Both the position numbers and the translations under genes were made by a program. This document shows, one piece after another, positions 9,231 to 19,265 of a stretch of 32,000 bases of DNA. This stretch comes from Candidatus Saccharimonadota bacterium (lineage in GTDB: Bacteria > Pseudomonadota > Gammaproteobacteria > Enterobacterales > Enterobacteriaceae). The notes beneath the pieces were generated by a model. The model made no database searches. It saw only the letters and a list, made by a program, of their open reading frames with translations, and was not told the DNA's origin. The stretch is from the NCBI RefSeq assembly GCF_964059045.1, contig NZ_OZ060402.1, positions 300,001 to 332,000 on the forward strand. The letters are read 5' to 3'. Numbering within the stretch: the stretch's first letter is position 1; each line of letters opens with the position of its first letter.

Positions 9231-9352
9231 TACAATAAATTGAATTGCAATTAATATAATATAAAAAATAATTCACAATATTATAATAATATTGTGAATT
9301 ATTTTTTATATTATATTAATTGCAATTCAATTTATTGTATTATTTTTTAATT
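9218..9352. repeat. 135-bp perfect palindrome (two 67-nt arms, centre 9285) filling the gapA/fldA convergent spacer and overlapping the gapA stop codon
   Basis: Every position i from 9218 to 9352 is complementary to position 18570-i, verified base by base. The first mismatch is 9217 c against 9353 t. Confidence 0.95.
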
Positions 9353-9365
9353 TATTTAGATTTAT

Positions 9366-9902
9366 TTATATTATAACATTATTTTTTTCTATTAAATATA
9401 TTTCATTAGTAATTTGGTTAACCCATTTTTTAATTCTAACTAAACTTTTTTCTGGTTGTCTATCTTGATCTAATGTTAATCCATAAAAAAAATCATTGTT
9501 TACCATAGCTTGAGAATTAATAAAAGAATATCCTTTAGTAGACCATTGCCCTATAAATTTTATTTTTGGAGAATATATTTTTTTATACAATAAACCTATT
9601 GCATCACAAAAATATTCTGAATAATCTTCTTGATCTCCACATCCAAAAAAACCTATAATTTTTTGATTAAAATTTATTTTTTTTAAAATTGGCAAAAAAT
9701 CTTCCCAGTCAGATTGCATTTCACCATAATACCAAGTGGGAACACCAAACAATAATATTGAAAACGATTCCAAATCTTTTTTAATACAGGAAGATATATC
9801 ATGAATAACAACTGGATATGGTTTTAAAACATCATATAATAAATTAGCCATGGATTCTGTATTTCCTGTATCACTTCCAAAAAAAATTCCAATTTTGTTC
9901 AT
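9366..9902 (-). CDS. fldA: flavodoxin I
   Basis: 178 aa versus 176 aa in E. coli. Motifs: FMN loop GIFFGSDTGNTE, PTWYYGE, FGCGDQEDYSEYFCDA, DQDRQPE. Confidence 0.93.
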   Translation of the reverse strand: MNKIGIFFGSDTGNTESMANLLYDVLKPYPVVIHDISSCIKKDLESFSILLFGVPTWYYGEMQSDWEDFLPILKKINFNQKIIGFFGCGDQEDYSEYFCDAIGLLYKKIYSPKIKFIGQWSTKGYSFINSQAMVNNDFFYGLTLDQDRQPEKSLVRIKKWVNQITNEIYLIEKNNVII

Positions 9903-10252
9903 GTTTTAAATTACCATTAGTAATAATTTTAAAAATGTTGTATTGAATAATATTTAATAATATTATATATATGAAATTATTATTAACTACAATAAATTAT
10001 TTTTTTTTATTATTATTGAAAAAATCTTTATAAAAAGAATAATATATAGTTATATTTAAAGATAATTATATTATAAATATAAAAGTAATATTTTTATATT
10101 TATATTAATTTAATTTTTATTTTAAAAATTAACAAAATAAACTATTCAATATTTAAAATATTTTCATTATTAAATATAAAATTGTTTGATTAATTAATAA
10201 ATATTCACAATATAAAAAATTATTTTTTTAATGAACTATATTAATTCAAATA

Positions 10253-10295
10253 ATATTAATATTTTATATATATATTTTATATAAAATATTAATAT
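10253..10295. repeat. 43-nt hairpin (18-bp all-A/T arms, 7-nt loop) 43 nt upstream of phrB
   Basis: i pairs with 20548-i for 10253-10270 against 10278-10295. The stem is pure A/T, so chance occurrence in this composition is not negligible. Confidence 0.6.
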
Positions 10296-10337
10296 AATAA
10301 CTATATGATTTTTAAACTTTGTGTTTTTAATTAAAAT

Positions 10338-11765
10338 ATGAACAATCATCATTTAATTTGGTTTAGAAATGATTTAAGAATTACAGATAACTCAGCTTTA
10401 TATTTTGCATGTAAAAATCAATTTAATAAAGTTTCTGCTTTATTTATAGCTACTCCTAAACAATGGTTAAAACATTATGATTCTCCTAAAAAAATTGTTT
10501 TTATGTATGAACATCTAATATTATTACAAAATAAATTATATGATTTAGGAATTATGTTATATTTTTATCAAACAAAATATTTTGTTGATTCTATAAAATA
10601 TGTATTAAAATTTTCCTTAAAATATAAAATAAATCATATATTTTATAATTATCAATATGAAATTAATGAAAAAAAAAGAGATAAAATATTAGAAAAAATA
10701 TTATTTAAACATAATATTGCTGTTAGTGGTTTTCATGATAGTTGTTTAATTTCACCTCAATATATTCAAACTCAAACAGGTTTAACTTATAAACGTTTCT
10801 CTCCTTTTTATAAAAAAATAATTAAACAATTAAAATTTACAATACCAAAATGTTATCCAGTTCCAAAAAAAAGATATTTTCAAAATATTTTTTTTAAAAA
10901 ACATATTGCTTATTTTGATTTTCCTTATGAAAATATTAATAAAAATATTTTTCCTATAGGTGAAGAATTAGCATTAAATAATTTAAAAAAATTTTTTCAA
11001 AATAATTTTAAAAAATATGTTGATAAAAAAAATTTTTTGTTCAAAAACTATACTAGTCTAGTATCAGCATATTTAAATATTGGAGTATTATCATCCCGAC
11101 AATGTCTGAATATTTTAGTAAATTATTATCCAAATATCATATATTTTAATCAAAAAAGTGATTGGTTTCATCAATTAATATGGAAAGAATTTTATCAACA
11201 TTTATTAGAAGGATATCCACTATTAAGTAAAAATCATTCTTTTTATAATTGGGAATCAAAAATCCCTTGGAGTAATAATAAAAAAAATCTAACAGCATGG
11301 AAAAATGGTCAGACGGGTTATCCAATTATAGATTCTGGTATGCGACAGTTAAATAAAATTGGATGGATTAATAATCGGATGAGAATGATTACTGCTAGTT
11401 TTTTAGTTAAAAATCTTCTAATTGATTGGAGACAAGGTGAAAAATATTTTATGTCTCGTTTAATTGATGGTAATTTTTCAGCCAATAATGGAGGATGGCA
11501 ATGGATTGCATCTGTTGGTGTAGATAGTTTGTCTTATCTTCGTATATTTAATCCTGTTCTTCAGTCAAAAAAATTTGATCCAAAAGGTTTGTATATTCGT
11601 CATTATTTACCAGAAATAAATTCTGTTCCTAAAAAATATATTCATGATCCACATGTTTGGATAAAAAAAAATAATTCTCAATTAAATTATCCAAAACCAA
11701 TTATAGAATATTCAAAAACTAGGGAAAATACATTATTAATTTTTTCACAAGCATTAAAAAAATGA
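10338..11765 (+). CDS. phrB: deoxyribodipyrimidine photolyase (class I CPD)
   Basis: 475 aa versus 472 aa for E. coli PhrB. Motifs: LIWFRNDLRITDN, HIFYNYQYEINE, TGYPIIDSGMRQL, NRMRMITASFLVKNLLIDWRQGEKYF, NNGGWQW. By eye the three Trp of the electron-transfer triad (E. coli W306/W359/W382) are conserved. Confidence 0.93.
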   Translation: MNNHHLIWFRNDLRITDNSALYFACKNQFNKVSALFIATPKQWLKHYDSPKKIVFMYEHLILLQNKLYDLGIMLYFYQTKYFVDSIKYVLKFSLKYKINHIFYNYQYEINEKKRDKILEKILFKHNIAVSGFHDSCLISPQYIQTQTGLTYKRFSPFYKKIIKQLKFTIPKCYPVPKKRYFQNIFFKKHIAYFDFPYENINKNIFPIGEELALNNLKKFFQNNFKKYVDKKNFLFKNYTSLVSAYLNIGVLSSRQCLNILVNYYPNIIYFNQKSDWFHQLIWKEFYQHLLEGYPLLSKNHSFYNWESKIPWSNNKKNLTAWKNGQTGYPIIDSGMRQLNKIGWINNRMRMITASFLVKNLLIDWRQGEKYFMSRLIDGNFSANNGGWQWIASVGVDSLSYLRIFNPVLQSKKFDPKGLYIRHYLPEINSVPKKYIHDPHVWIKKNNSQLNYPKPIIEYSKTRENTLLIFSQALKK

Positions 11766-11795
11766 TTTTATTTTTGATTAATTAAAGGTATTAAA

Positions 11796-12539
11796 ATGAA
11801 AAATTTTGTATTAGAAAAAATCATCAACCAAAAATTAAATTCAATAAAATTTAAAGATTGTGTTCCAAATGGTCTTCAAATTGAAGGATCTGAAGATGTA
11901 TTAAAAATTATTACAGGTGTAACAGCTTGTCAGGAATTATTAAATTATGCTGTAAAACATAATGCTCATGGAATTATTGTACATCATGGTTATTTTTGGG
12001 AAACAGAATCTAAGATAATTCATGGAATGAAAAAAAATAGATTAAAAACGATATTATTAAATAATATTAATTTATATAGTTGGCATTTACCTTTAGATTT
12101 TCATCCTGAATTAGGTAATAATATTCAAATAGCTAAAAAATTAGATATAGAAGTATTAGGTTCATTATCAAAATATATGCTGTGGGGAAAATTGAGATCT
12201 AGTATTACTGGATTAGAATTAGTTGAAAAAATAACTCAAGTTTTTGGAAGAATTCCATTTTATTGTAATGATAACACAAAAAAAAATATTAGTTCTATAG
12301 CTTGGTGTAGTGGTAAAGGACAATCATTAATATATGAAGCAGCAGCATATAACATGGATGCATTTATTACTGGTGAAATGTCTGAAGATACTATTCATTG
12401 TGCTCGAGAAAATGGATTGCATTTTTTCTCTATTGGTCATCATGCTAGTGAAAAATTTGGGATTCAAGCTTTAAATGATTGGTTAAAGAATCAATATAAA
12501 TTAGATTGTACTTTTATAGATATTAATAATTTTGCATAA
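11796..12539 (+). CDS. ybgI: Nif3-family dinuclear metal-centre protein YbgI (GTP cyclohydrolase 1 type 2 homologue)
   Basis: 247 aa, the same length as E. coli YbgI. Motifs: PNGLQIEG, IIVHHGYFW, NRLKTILLNNINLYSWHLPLDFHPELGNN, DAFITGEMSE, GHHASE. Confidence 0.9.
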   Translation: MKNFVLEKIINQKLNSIKFKDCVPNGLQIEGSEDVLKIITGVTACQELLNYAVKHNAHGIIVHHGYFWETESKIIHGMKKNRLKTILLNNINLYSWHLPLDFHPELGNNIQIAKKLDIEVLGSLSKYMLWGKLRSSITGLELVEKITQVFGRIPFYCNDNTKKNISSIAWCSGKGQSLIYEAAAYNMDAFITGEMSEDTIHCARENGLHFFSIGHHASEKFGIQALNDWLKNQYKLDCTFIDINNFA

Positions 12540-12785
12540 AAATAATTAATTAAATGTTTCTATATAAATTATACTGATATATATAATAATAATCAAAAAT
12601 AAAATATAAATTTATTTTAAAAAAATTCTTTTTTGAATAACAATTTTAAAAAATGAAATTTTTAAGTATTAATTAATAATATAATTAATTATCAATCATT
12701 AAAAACAATTGAAATTATTATCAATATTAATGTTTTAATTTTTTTTTTGAATATATTTTGAGATAATAAAAAGGAAATAACTATA

Positions 12786-15572
12786 ATGTCTTTAAAAATA
12801 ACAGAAAATGAAATTTATTATTTTTGGCTGAACGGAGCTAATATAGCATATCTTGAAAATTTATATTTAGATTTTTCTTGTAATAAAGATTTAGTACACA
12901 ATAGCTGGCATAAAATATTTACAGAAGATACTATTAATACTATTAATTTTTTTAAAAAAAAAAATACAAATACGTCTATCAATAAATATATTGATTTTAA
13001 TTTTACATCTCAAAAAATTGTTAAATTAATTAATGCATTTCGATCCCATGGTTATAAATACGCGAATGTTAATCCGTTAATAAAACATCAAAAAAAAATA
13101 TATATTAAATTGGAATTGTCTAATTATAATTTTTCTGAAATAGAATTAAAACAAAAAATTGATAATAAAAATTATATTAATTTTGATAATATTAAAAATA
13201 TTAATCATTTATATAAAAAATTATTTTTAATTTATTGTAATAAAATTAGTTTTGAATATATGCATATTGACAATACTAATGAAAAAAATTGGTTAAAAAA
13301 TGAAATTGAATCAACAAATATTACTACTTTATTAGATATTAATGAAAAAAAAAATATATTAAATAAATTAATTCAATCTGAGTCTTTTGAAAATTTTTTA
13401 TCAATAAAATTTTCAAGTGCTAAACGATTTTCATTAGAAGGATGTGAAATTTTAATTCCAATGCTAGATGAAATCTGTCGTTTAACAAACAGTAACGATA
13501 TTAAAAAAATTATGATTGGTATGGCACATAGAGGTCGTTTAAATGTTTTAGCAAATATAATTGGGAAAAAATATGAAGATTTATTTAATGAATTTCAATA
13601 TGATTATTATCATTCAAATAAAAGTGGAGATGTGAAATATCATATGGGATATGATTCCATTATTGATATTGATTCAAATAAGAAAATAGAATTGTCTTTA
13701 AAATTTAACCCTTCTCATTTAGAAGTAGTTCATCCGGTAGTAATGGGTTCTGTGCGTTCTGAAATTGATACTCTGGAATATAACCAATATAATACTGTTT
13801 TACCTATTGCTATTCATGGAGATGCTTCTATTACAGGTCAAGGTATCATTCAAGAAACGTTAAATATGTCTCAAACCCAAGCATATCATGTAGGTGGCAC
13901 CATTCATATTATTATTAACAATCAAATTGGTTTTACTACTTCAAAACAAGAAGAGTTAAGATCAAGCGATTATTGTAGTGATATTGGGAAAATAATAAAA
14001 TCTCCTATTTTTCATGTTAATGCTGATGATCCAGAATCAGCAATATTTGCCATACGATTAGCTATTAAATTTCGTTTATTATTTCATAAAGATGTATTTA
14101 TTGATTTAGTTTGTTATCGTCGACATGGCCATAATGAAGTAGATGATCCTTTAGTCACACAACCTGTGATGTATGAAACAATCAAACAACATGAAACTAT
14201 TACAAAAATATTTTCAAAAAAATTAATCAAAGAAAAAACAATTGATAAAAATTATATATTGAAAATTAAAAATAAATTTCAAGACATATTACAATTATCT
14301 TATGATCAATCTTTAAACAAAGAAAAAAAATCTACTTTAATAAATCATTTTAACAAAAAATTATTCAAGCAACAAAAAATAAATAATTTTATTCAAATCG
14401 ATGAATTGCAAAATTTAGCTATTAAAATTAATACTTTACCTAATAATATTAATGTACATATTAGAATAAATAAAATTTATCAAAGTAGAATCGATATGGC
14501 ATTAGGAAAAAAATTATTTGATTGGGGAGCCAGTGAAACTTTAGCTTATGCAACAATATTAAAACAAGGAATATCATGTCGAATATCAGGTGAAGACAGT
14601 TGTAGAGGAACATTTTTTCATAGACATGCAGTTGTTTATAATCAAAAAAATAATGCTTATTATATTCCATTAAAAAACAATAATATTTTTAAAACAAAAT
14701 TTAATATTTTTAATTCTGTATTATCTGAAGAAGCAACTTTAGCTTTTGAATACGGATTTTCAATCAATAATCAAAAAACATTAACAATTTGGGAAGCACA
14801 ATTTGGTGATTTTGCTAATGTAGCACAAGTAATTATCGATCAATTCATTAGTACAGGAGAACAAAAATGGGATATAAAATCTAATATAATATTATTTTTA
14901 CCTCATGGTTATGAAGGTCAGGGACCAGAACATTCTTCTGCTCGAATAGAAAGATTTCTGCAATTATGTTCTGAAAATAATATGATAATTTGTATTCCTT
15001 CTACTAGTGGACAAATGTATCATTTATTAAGACGTCAAGCATTCCAAAAAGATTTAAAACCATTAATTATTATGACCCCTAAATTTCTTTTACGTTATCA
15101 ACCTTCTTGTTCATCAATTCATGATTTGACCTATGGTAAATTTCAGACTGTAATAAATGAATTAAATAATGAATATAATGAAAAAACAACAAAAAGAATA
15201 ATTTTTTGCAGTGGTAAAATATACTATGAATTAAATGATCAAAGAACAGAAAAGCAACAAAAAAATGTATTAATTATAAGAATAGAACAATTGTATCCAT
15301 TTCCAGAGAACAATATAAAAAAAATAATTTTAATAAACAATCATATAAAAGATTTTATTTGGTGTCAAGAAGAACCAAAAAATCAAGGCTCATGGAATTT
15401 CGTAAAAAATTATTTTAATAAAATTATTTCACAAAAATATACAATACGTTATATTGGACGTCCTAGTTCTGCTGCACCTGCAACTGGTTATATGTATATT
15501 CATCAACAACAACAAAAAAAAATAATTAATGATGCTTTAAATATTAACATTATACAAGAAGAACAGAAATGA
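12786..15572 (+). CDS. sucA: 2-oxoglutarate dehydrogenase E1 component
   Basis: 928 aa versus 933 aa in E. coli. Motifs: [81 protein letters not shown] 8 nt upstream. The TGA stop overlaps the sucB ATG. Confidence 0.95.
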   Translation: MSLKITENEIYYFWLNGANIAYLENLYLDFSCNKDLVHNSWHKIFTEDTINTINFFKKKNTNTSINKYIDFNFTSQKIVKLINAFRSHGYKYANVNPLIKHQKKIYIKLELSNYNFSEIELKQKIDNKNYINFDNIKNINHLYKKLFLIYCNKISFEYMHIDNTNEKNWLKNEIESTNITTLLDINEKKNILNKLIQSESFENFLSIKFSSAKRFSLEGCEILIPMLDEICRLTNSNDIKKIMIGMAHRGRLNVLANIIGKKYEDLFNEFQYDYYHSNKSGDVKYHMGYDSIIDIDSNKKIELSLKFNPSHLEVVHPVVMGSVRSEIDTLEYNQYNTVLPIAIHGDASITGQGIIQETLNMSQTQAYHVGGTIHIIINNQIGFTTSKQEELRSSDYCSDIGKIIKSPIFHVNADDPESAIFAIRLAIKFRLLFHKDVFIDLVCYRRHGHNEVDDPLVTQPVMYETIKQHETITKIFSKKLIKEKTIDKNYILKIKNKFQDILQLSYDQSLNKEKKSTLINHFNKKLFKQQKINNFIQIDELQNLAIKINTLPNNINVHIRINKIYQSRIDMALGKKLFDWGASETLAYATILKQGISCRISGEDSCRGTFFHRHAVVYNQKNNAYYIPLKNNNIFKTKFNIFNSVLSEEATLAFEYGFSINNQKTLTIWEAQFGDFANVAQVIIDQFISTGEQKWDIKSNIILFLPHGYEGQGPEHSSARIERFLQLCSENNMIICIPSTSGQMYHLLRRQAFQKDLKPLIIMTPKFLLRYQPSCSSIHDLTYGKFQTVINELNNEYNEKTTKRIIFCSGKIYYELNDQRTEKQQKNVLIIRIEQLYPFPENNIKKIILINNHIKDFIWCQEEPKNQGSWNFVKNYFNKIISQKYTIRYIGRPSSAAPATGYMYIHQQQQKKIINDALNINIIQEEQK

Positions 15573-16801
15573 AAAAAATAAATATATTAGTACCAGAATT
15601 ACCAGATTCAATAAATGATGCTACTGTAGCATCATGGCATAAAAAAAAAGGAGATTTAATTAAAATTAATGAACTTATTGTTGATATTGAAACAGATAAA
15701 ATTATGCTGGAAGTTGTTTCACCAACTAATGGTATTTTATGTGAAATATTAGAAACCGAAGGTAAAATTGTTAAAGCTAGACAAATTTTAGGTTACATAA
15801 ATAAATCTCAAGTCATCCATCATGAAAAAATAAAAAAAAATAAAGTTGATTTTATTGATCATAATAATCATAGTTTAATTAATGCTTTTATTACTAAAAA
15901 TACCATATTAAATGATTCTACTCCTAAAGTTAGAAGATTAACAAACAATCATAATTTTAATTCAATTAATATAAAAAACAGAATAGAAGAAAAAGAAAGA
16001 ATTATACAACAAAATAGTAATAATTTTGTTACTCAAAATCATGAAGATGATTTAAATAATATTGTTTTGAAAAATAACAACGATAATACAATATTAAATA
16101 TAAGAAAAACTAAAACAATACCAATGAGTCGATTACGTCAAAAAATATCTGAAAGATTGTTAGAAACCAAACAAAAAACAGCTATGTTAACAACATTTAA
16201 TGAAGTTAATATGCAATCAATAATTAAATTACGTAAAAAATATGGTGTTATTTTTAAAAATAATTATCAAATTCGATTAGGTTTTATGTCTTTTTATGTA
16301 AAAGTAGTTATTGAAGCATTAAAACGTCATCCAGAAATTAATGCGACTATAAAAGATCAAAATATAATTTATTATCAATATTATGATATTAATATTGCTA
16401 TTTCTACTCCAAGAGGACTAATAACACCTATATTAAAAAATGCAGATTTAATGAGTATGTATGTTATTGAAAAAAAAATTGAAGATTATGTATTTAAAAG
16501 TCAAACAGGAAAAATTAGTCTAGAAGAATTAACAGGAGGTACTTTTACTATTACCAATGGAGGAGTATTTGGATCAATGATGTCAACACCTATTATTAAT
16601 CCTCCTCAAACAGCAATTTTAGGAATTCATGCAATTAAAGATCGACCAATGGCTGTAAATAATGAAGTAAAAATTTTACCGATGATGTATTTAGCATTAT
16701 CTTATGACCATCGTTTAATAGATGGTAAATCAGCAGTGCAATTTTTAGTAACTATTAAACATTTATTAGAAGATTTTTCTCGAATTTTATTAGAAATATA
16801 A
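15569..16801 (+). CDS. sucB: 2-oxoglutarate dehydrogenase E2, dihydrolipoyllysine-residue succinyltransferase
   Basis: 410 aa versus 405 aa in E. coli. Motifs: lipoyl-lysine motif [12 protein letters not shown], catalytic core [48 protein letters not shown] start/stop overlap with sucA. Confidence 0.95.
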   Translation: MKKINILVPELPDSINDATVASWHKKKGDLIKINELIVDIETDKIMLEVVSPTNGILCEILETEGKIVKARQILGYINKSQVIHHEKIKKNKVDFIDHNNHSLINAFITKNTILNDSTPKVRRLTNNHNFNSINIKNRIEEKERIIQQNSNNFVTQNHEDDLNNIVLKNNNDNTILNIRKTKTIPMSRLRQKISERLLETKQKTAMLTTFNEVNMQSIIKLRKKYGVIFKNNYQIRLGFMSFYVKVVIEALKRHPEINATIKDQNIIYYQYYDINIAISTPRGLITPILKNADLMSMYVIEKKIEDYVFKSQTGKISLEELTGGTFTITNGGVFGSMMSTPIINPPQTAILGIHAIKDRPMAVNNEVKILPMMYLALSYDHRLIDGKSAVQFLVTIKHLLEDFSRILLEI

Positions 16802-17247
16802 TGCCCAATATTTTTAATAAAAAATATATTGATAATTATTAATATATTTTTTTATATTACTAATTATTAATATGAATTATTAAAATCAAAAATAAAAATA
16901 TATTTAATATATAATATGATTTATTATATTTTTTTAAAATTTTTCTAATTAAAAAAATTTTAATTTTTAAAATAGATTCAATAAATTTTAAAAAAAAATA
17001 TTTAATATTTATCACTATGGAAAAATATTATTTTTATATAAATAATATCATATTGTTAATAAATTAAGTATAATTAATTATTATTTATTAATAATATTAT
17101 TAAAAAATAAATATTTTTATTTATAAAAAAATTAATGATTAATAAAATATTTTGTATGATGCACGGTATGAAATTTAAAATAAATAATGTAATCATATTA
17201 TTCATATATTTTTAATATAATCAATAATGATCAAGAGGATTTTTATT

Positions 17248-17961
17248 ATGACAATTAAAAAATTAGTTTTAATGAGACATGGTGAAAGTGAATGGAACCA
17301 ACTAAATAAATTTACTGGATGGTATGATGCAAAATTGTCAAATAAAGGTAAACAAGAAGCTATTTTAGCTGGGAAATTATTATTAATGCATGGATTTGAT
17401 TTCCAATTTGCTTATACTTCTATGTTAACTAGAGCTATTAATACTTTATGGATAATTTTAAAAGAATTAAATCAAGCTTGGTTGCCAATAGAAAAAACAT
17501 GGAGATTAAATGAAAGACATTATGGAGCATTACAAGGATTAAATAAATTAGAAACAGAAGAAAAATATGGTAAATATCAAGTAAATTTATGGAGAAGAAG
17601 TTATAATATTATTCCCCCTGAAATTGATTTTGAAGATGATAGATTTCCTGGAAAAGACAAACGTTATTCAAAAAATATTTTAAATGATTTACCAACTGCT
17701 GAAAGTTTAGAATTGACTTTAAAAAGAGTACTGCCATATTGGTTAAATGTGATTCAAAAAAAATTTGAAAATAATCCAAAAATATTAATCGTAGCACATG
17801 GCAATTCAATTAGAGCACTAATAAAATATTTAAGTAATATTAATGACAATGATATTACAGCAATAAATATTCCAACTGGTATACCTATTATTTATGAATT
17901 TTCGAACTCAATGAATCCAATAAAGTATTATTTTTTAAATTCAATAAAAAAAAACAATTAA
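17248..17961 (+). CDS. gpmA: 2,3-bisphosphoglycerate-dependent phosphoglycerate mutase
   Basis: Motifs: KLVLMRHGESEWN, LNERHYGALQG, VAHGNSIRAL. Start placed at ATG 17248 (MTIKKLVL, matching E. coli MAVTKLVL) with AAGAGGA 8-9 nt upstream. The tracked start at 17227 adds 7 unconserved codons. Confidence 0.93.
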   Translation: MTIKKLVLMRHGESEWNQLNKFTGWYDAKLSNKGKQEAILAGKLLLMHGFDFQFAYTSMLTRAINTLWIILKELNQAWLPIEKTWRLNERHYGALQGLNKLETEEKYGKYQVNLWRRSYNIIPPEIDFEDDRFPGKDKRYSKNILNDLPTAESLELTLKRVLPYWLNVIQKKFENNPKILIVAHGNSIRALIKYLSNINDNDITAINIPTGIPIIYEFSNSMNPIKYYFLNSIKKNN

Positions 17962-18201
17962 TATCAAAATATTAGTACTTTGTAATATTAATCAAACTAA
18001 TTCAAAATAAAAAATTATCTATTTTTTTTATTTTAGTGTAATAATATTTCTAAAATATATAAAACATAAATTTTTAATATAATTCAATATTATGTCAATA
18101 TTCTAAAAAATTTTTTATGAGATTATATATAAATATATATCTTAACATAATTAATATTATAAAATATTTTTACATAATATATTTTATAAATGGTGGTTTT
18201 T

Positions 18202-19164
18202 ATGATTAAAACAATTGGAGTATTAACAAGTGGTGGTGATGCACCTGGTATGAATGCAGCTATTAGAGGTGTTGTTCGTCGAGCAATTAGTGAAGGTTTA
18301 GAAGTGTTTGGAATATATGATGGATATTTAGGTTTATGTCAAGACAGAATGATAAAATTAAATAGATATAGCGTATCAGATATTATTAATCGTGGTGGTA
18401 CATTTCTAGGTTCAGCACGATTCACAGATTTTTGTAAACATAATATACGTTTTTTAGCTATTAAAAATTTAAGAAAAAGAGGAATAGATGTATTAGTGAT
18501 TATTGGAGGAGATGGTTCATACATGGGAGCAAATCTTTTGACACAGATGGGATTTCCTTGTATAGGTATACCTGGAACTATTGATAATGATGTCGCTGGT
18601 ACTGATTATACAATTGGATATTTTACAGCTTTAGAAACAGTAGTAGAAGCTATTGATAGATTAAGAGATACATCTTCTTCACATCAAAGAATTTCTATTG
18701 TAGAAGTAATGGGTCGATATTGTGGAGATTTGACTTTAGCTGCTGCAATTGCAGGAGGGTGCGAATTTATTGTTATTCCTGAAATTTATTTTACGAAAAA
18801 AGAATTATTATCAGAAATATTAACTGGAATTAAAAATGGGAAAAAACATGCTATAGTCGCTATTACTGAATACATTTGTAATGTATACGAGTTGGCAAAA
18901 TATATTGAAATGCATACTAAAAGAGAAACAAGAGCTACAATTCTTGGACATGTTCAAAGAGGAGGTGCTCCTGTAGTATATGATAGAATTTTAGCTTCAA
19001 GAATGGGTTCATATTCTATTGAATTACTATTAAAAGGCTATGGTGGTCATTGTGTAGGAATTCAAAATGATCAAATGGTACATCATGATATTACTGATGC
19101 TCTAAAAAATATGAAAAAACCATTTAAAGCTGATTGGTTAGAAACTGCTAAAAAATTATATTAA
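18202..19164 (+). CDS. pfkA: ATP-dependent 6-phosphofructokinase
   Basis: [26 protein letters not shown] is near-identical to E. coli PfkA. Other motifs: [34 protein letters not shown], and the same C-terminus KKLY. Start placed at ATG 18202 (GGTGG upstream) rather than the tracked 18190. Confidence 0.95.
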   Translation: MIKTIGVLTSGGDAPGMNAAIRGVVRRAISEGLEVFGIYDGYLGLCQDRMIKLNRYSVSDIINRGGTFLGSARFTDFCKHNIRFLAIKNLRKRGIDVLVIIGGDGSYMGANLLTQMGFPCIGIPGTIDNDVAGTDYTIGYFTALETVVEAIDRLRDTSSSHQRISIVEVMGRYCGDLTLAAAIAGGCEFIVIPEIYFTKKELLSEILTGIKNGKKHAIVAITEYICNVYELAKYIEMHTKRETRATILGHVQRGGAPVVYDRILASRMGSYSIELLLKGYGGHCVGIQNDQMVHHDITDALKNMKKPFKADWLETAKKLY

Positions 19165-19212
19165 AAATTAGTTTGATGATTAATATTATTTATTATTTAT
19201 TTTTAATATATC

Positions 19213-19237
19213 AAAAATTCCTATAATAGGATTTTTT
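19213..19237 (+). terminator. candidate intrinsic terminator after pfkA (aaaaattcctat a ataggattttt, one T.T mismatch, T6 run)
   Basis: The stem contains a CC/GG core (19220-19221 with 19229-19230) flanked by A5/T5. It starts 49 nt after the pfkA stop. The T run is partly inside the stem. Confidence 0.35.
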
Positions 19238-19265
19238 ATTATTAATTAGTCAGGATTTTAAAAAT

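Noticed and set aside
16819-16852. 12-bp A/T stem (aaaaaatatatt / aatatatttttt) after sucB, and similar weak stems after gpmA, serS and aspS (for example 31920-31940), as intrinsic terminators
   Set aside because: The stems are short and pure A/T, with large or tiny loops. They are expected by chance many times in the spacer DNA of this window.
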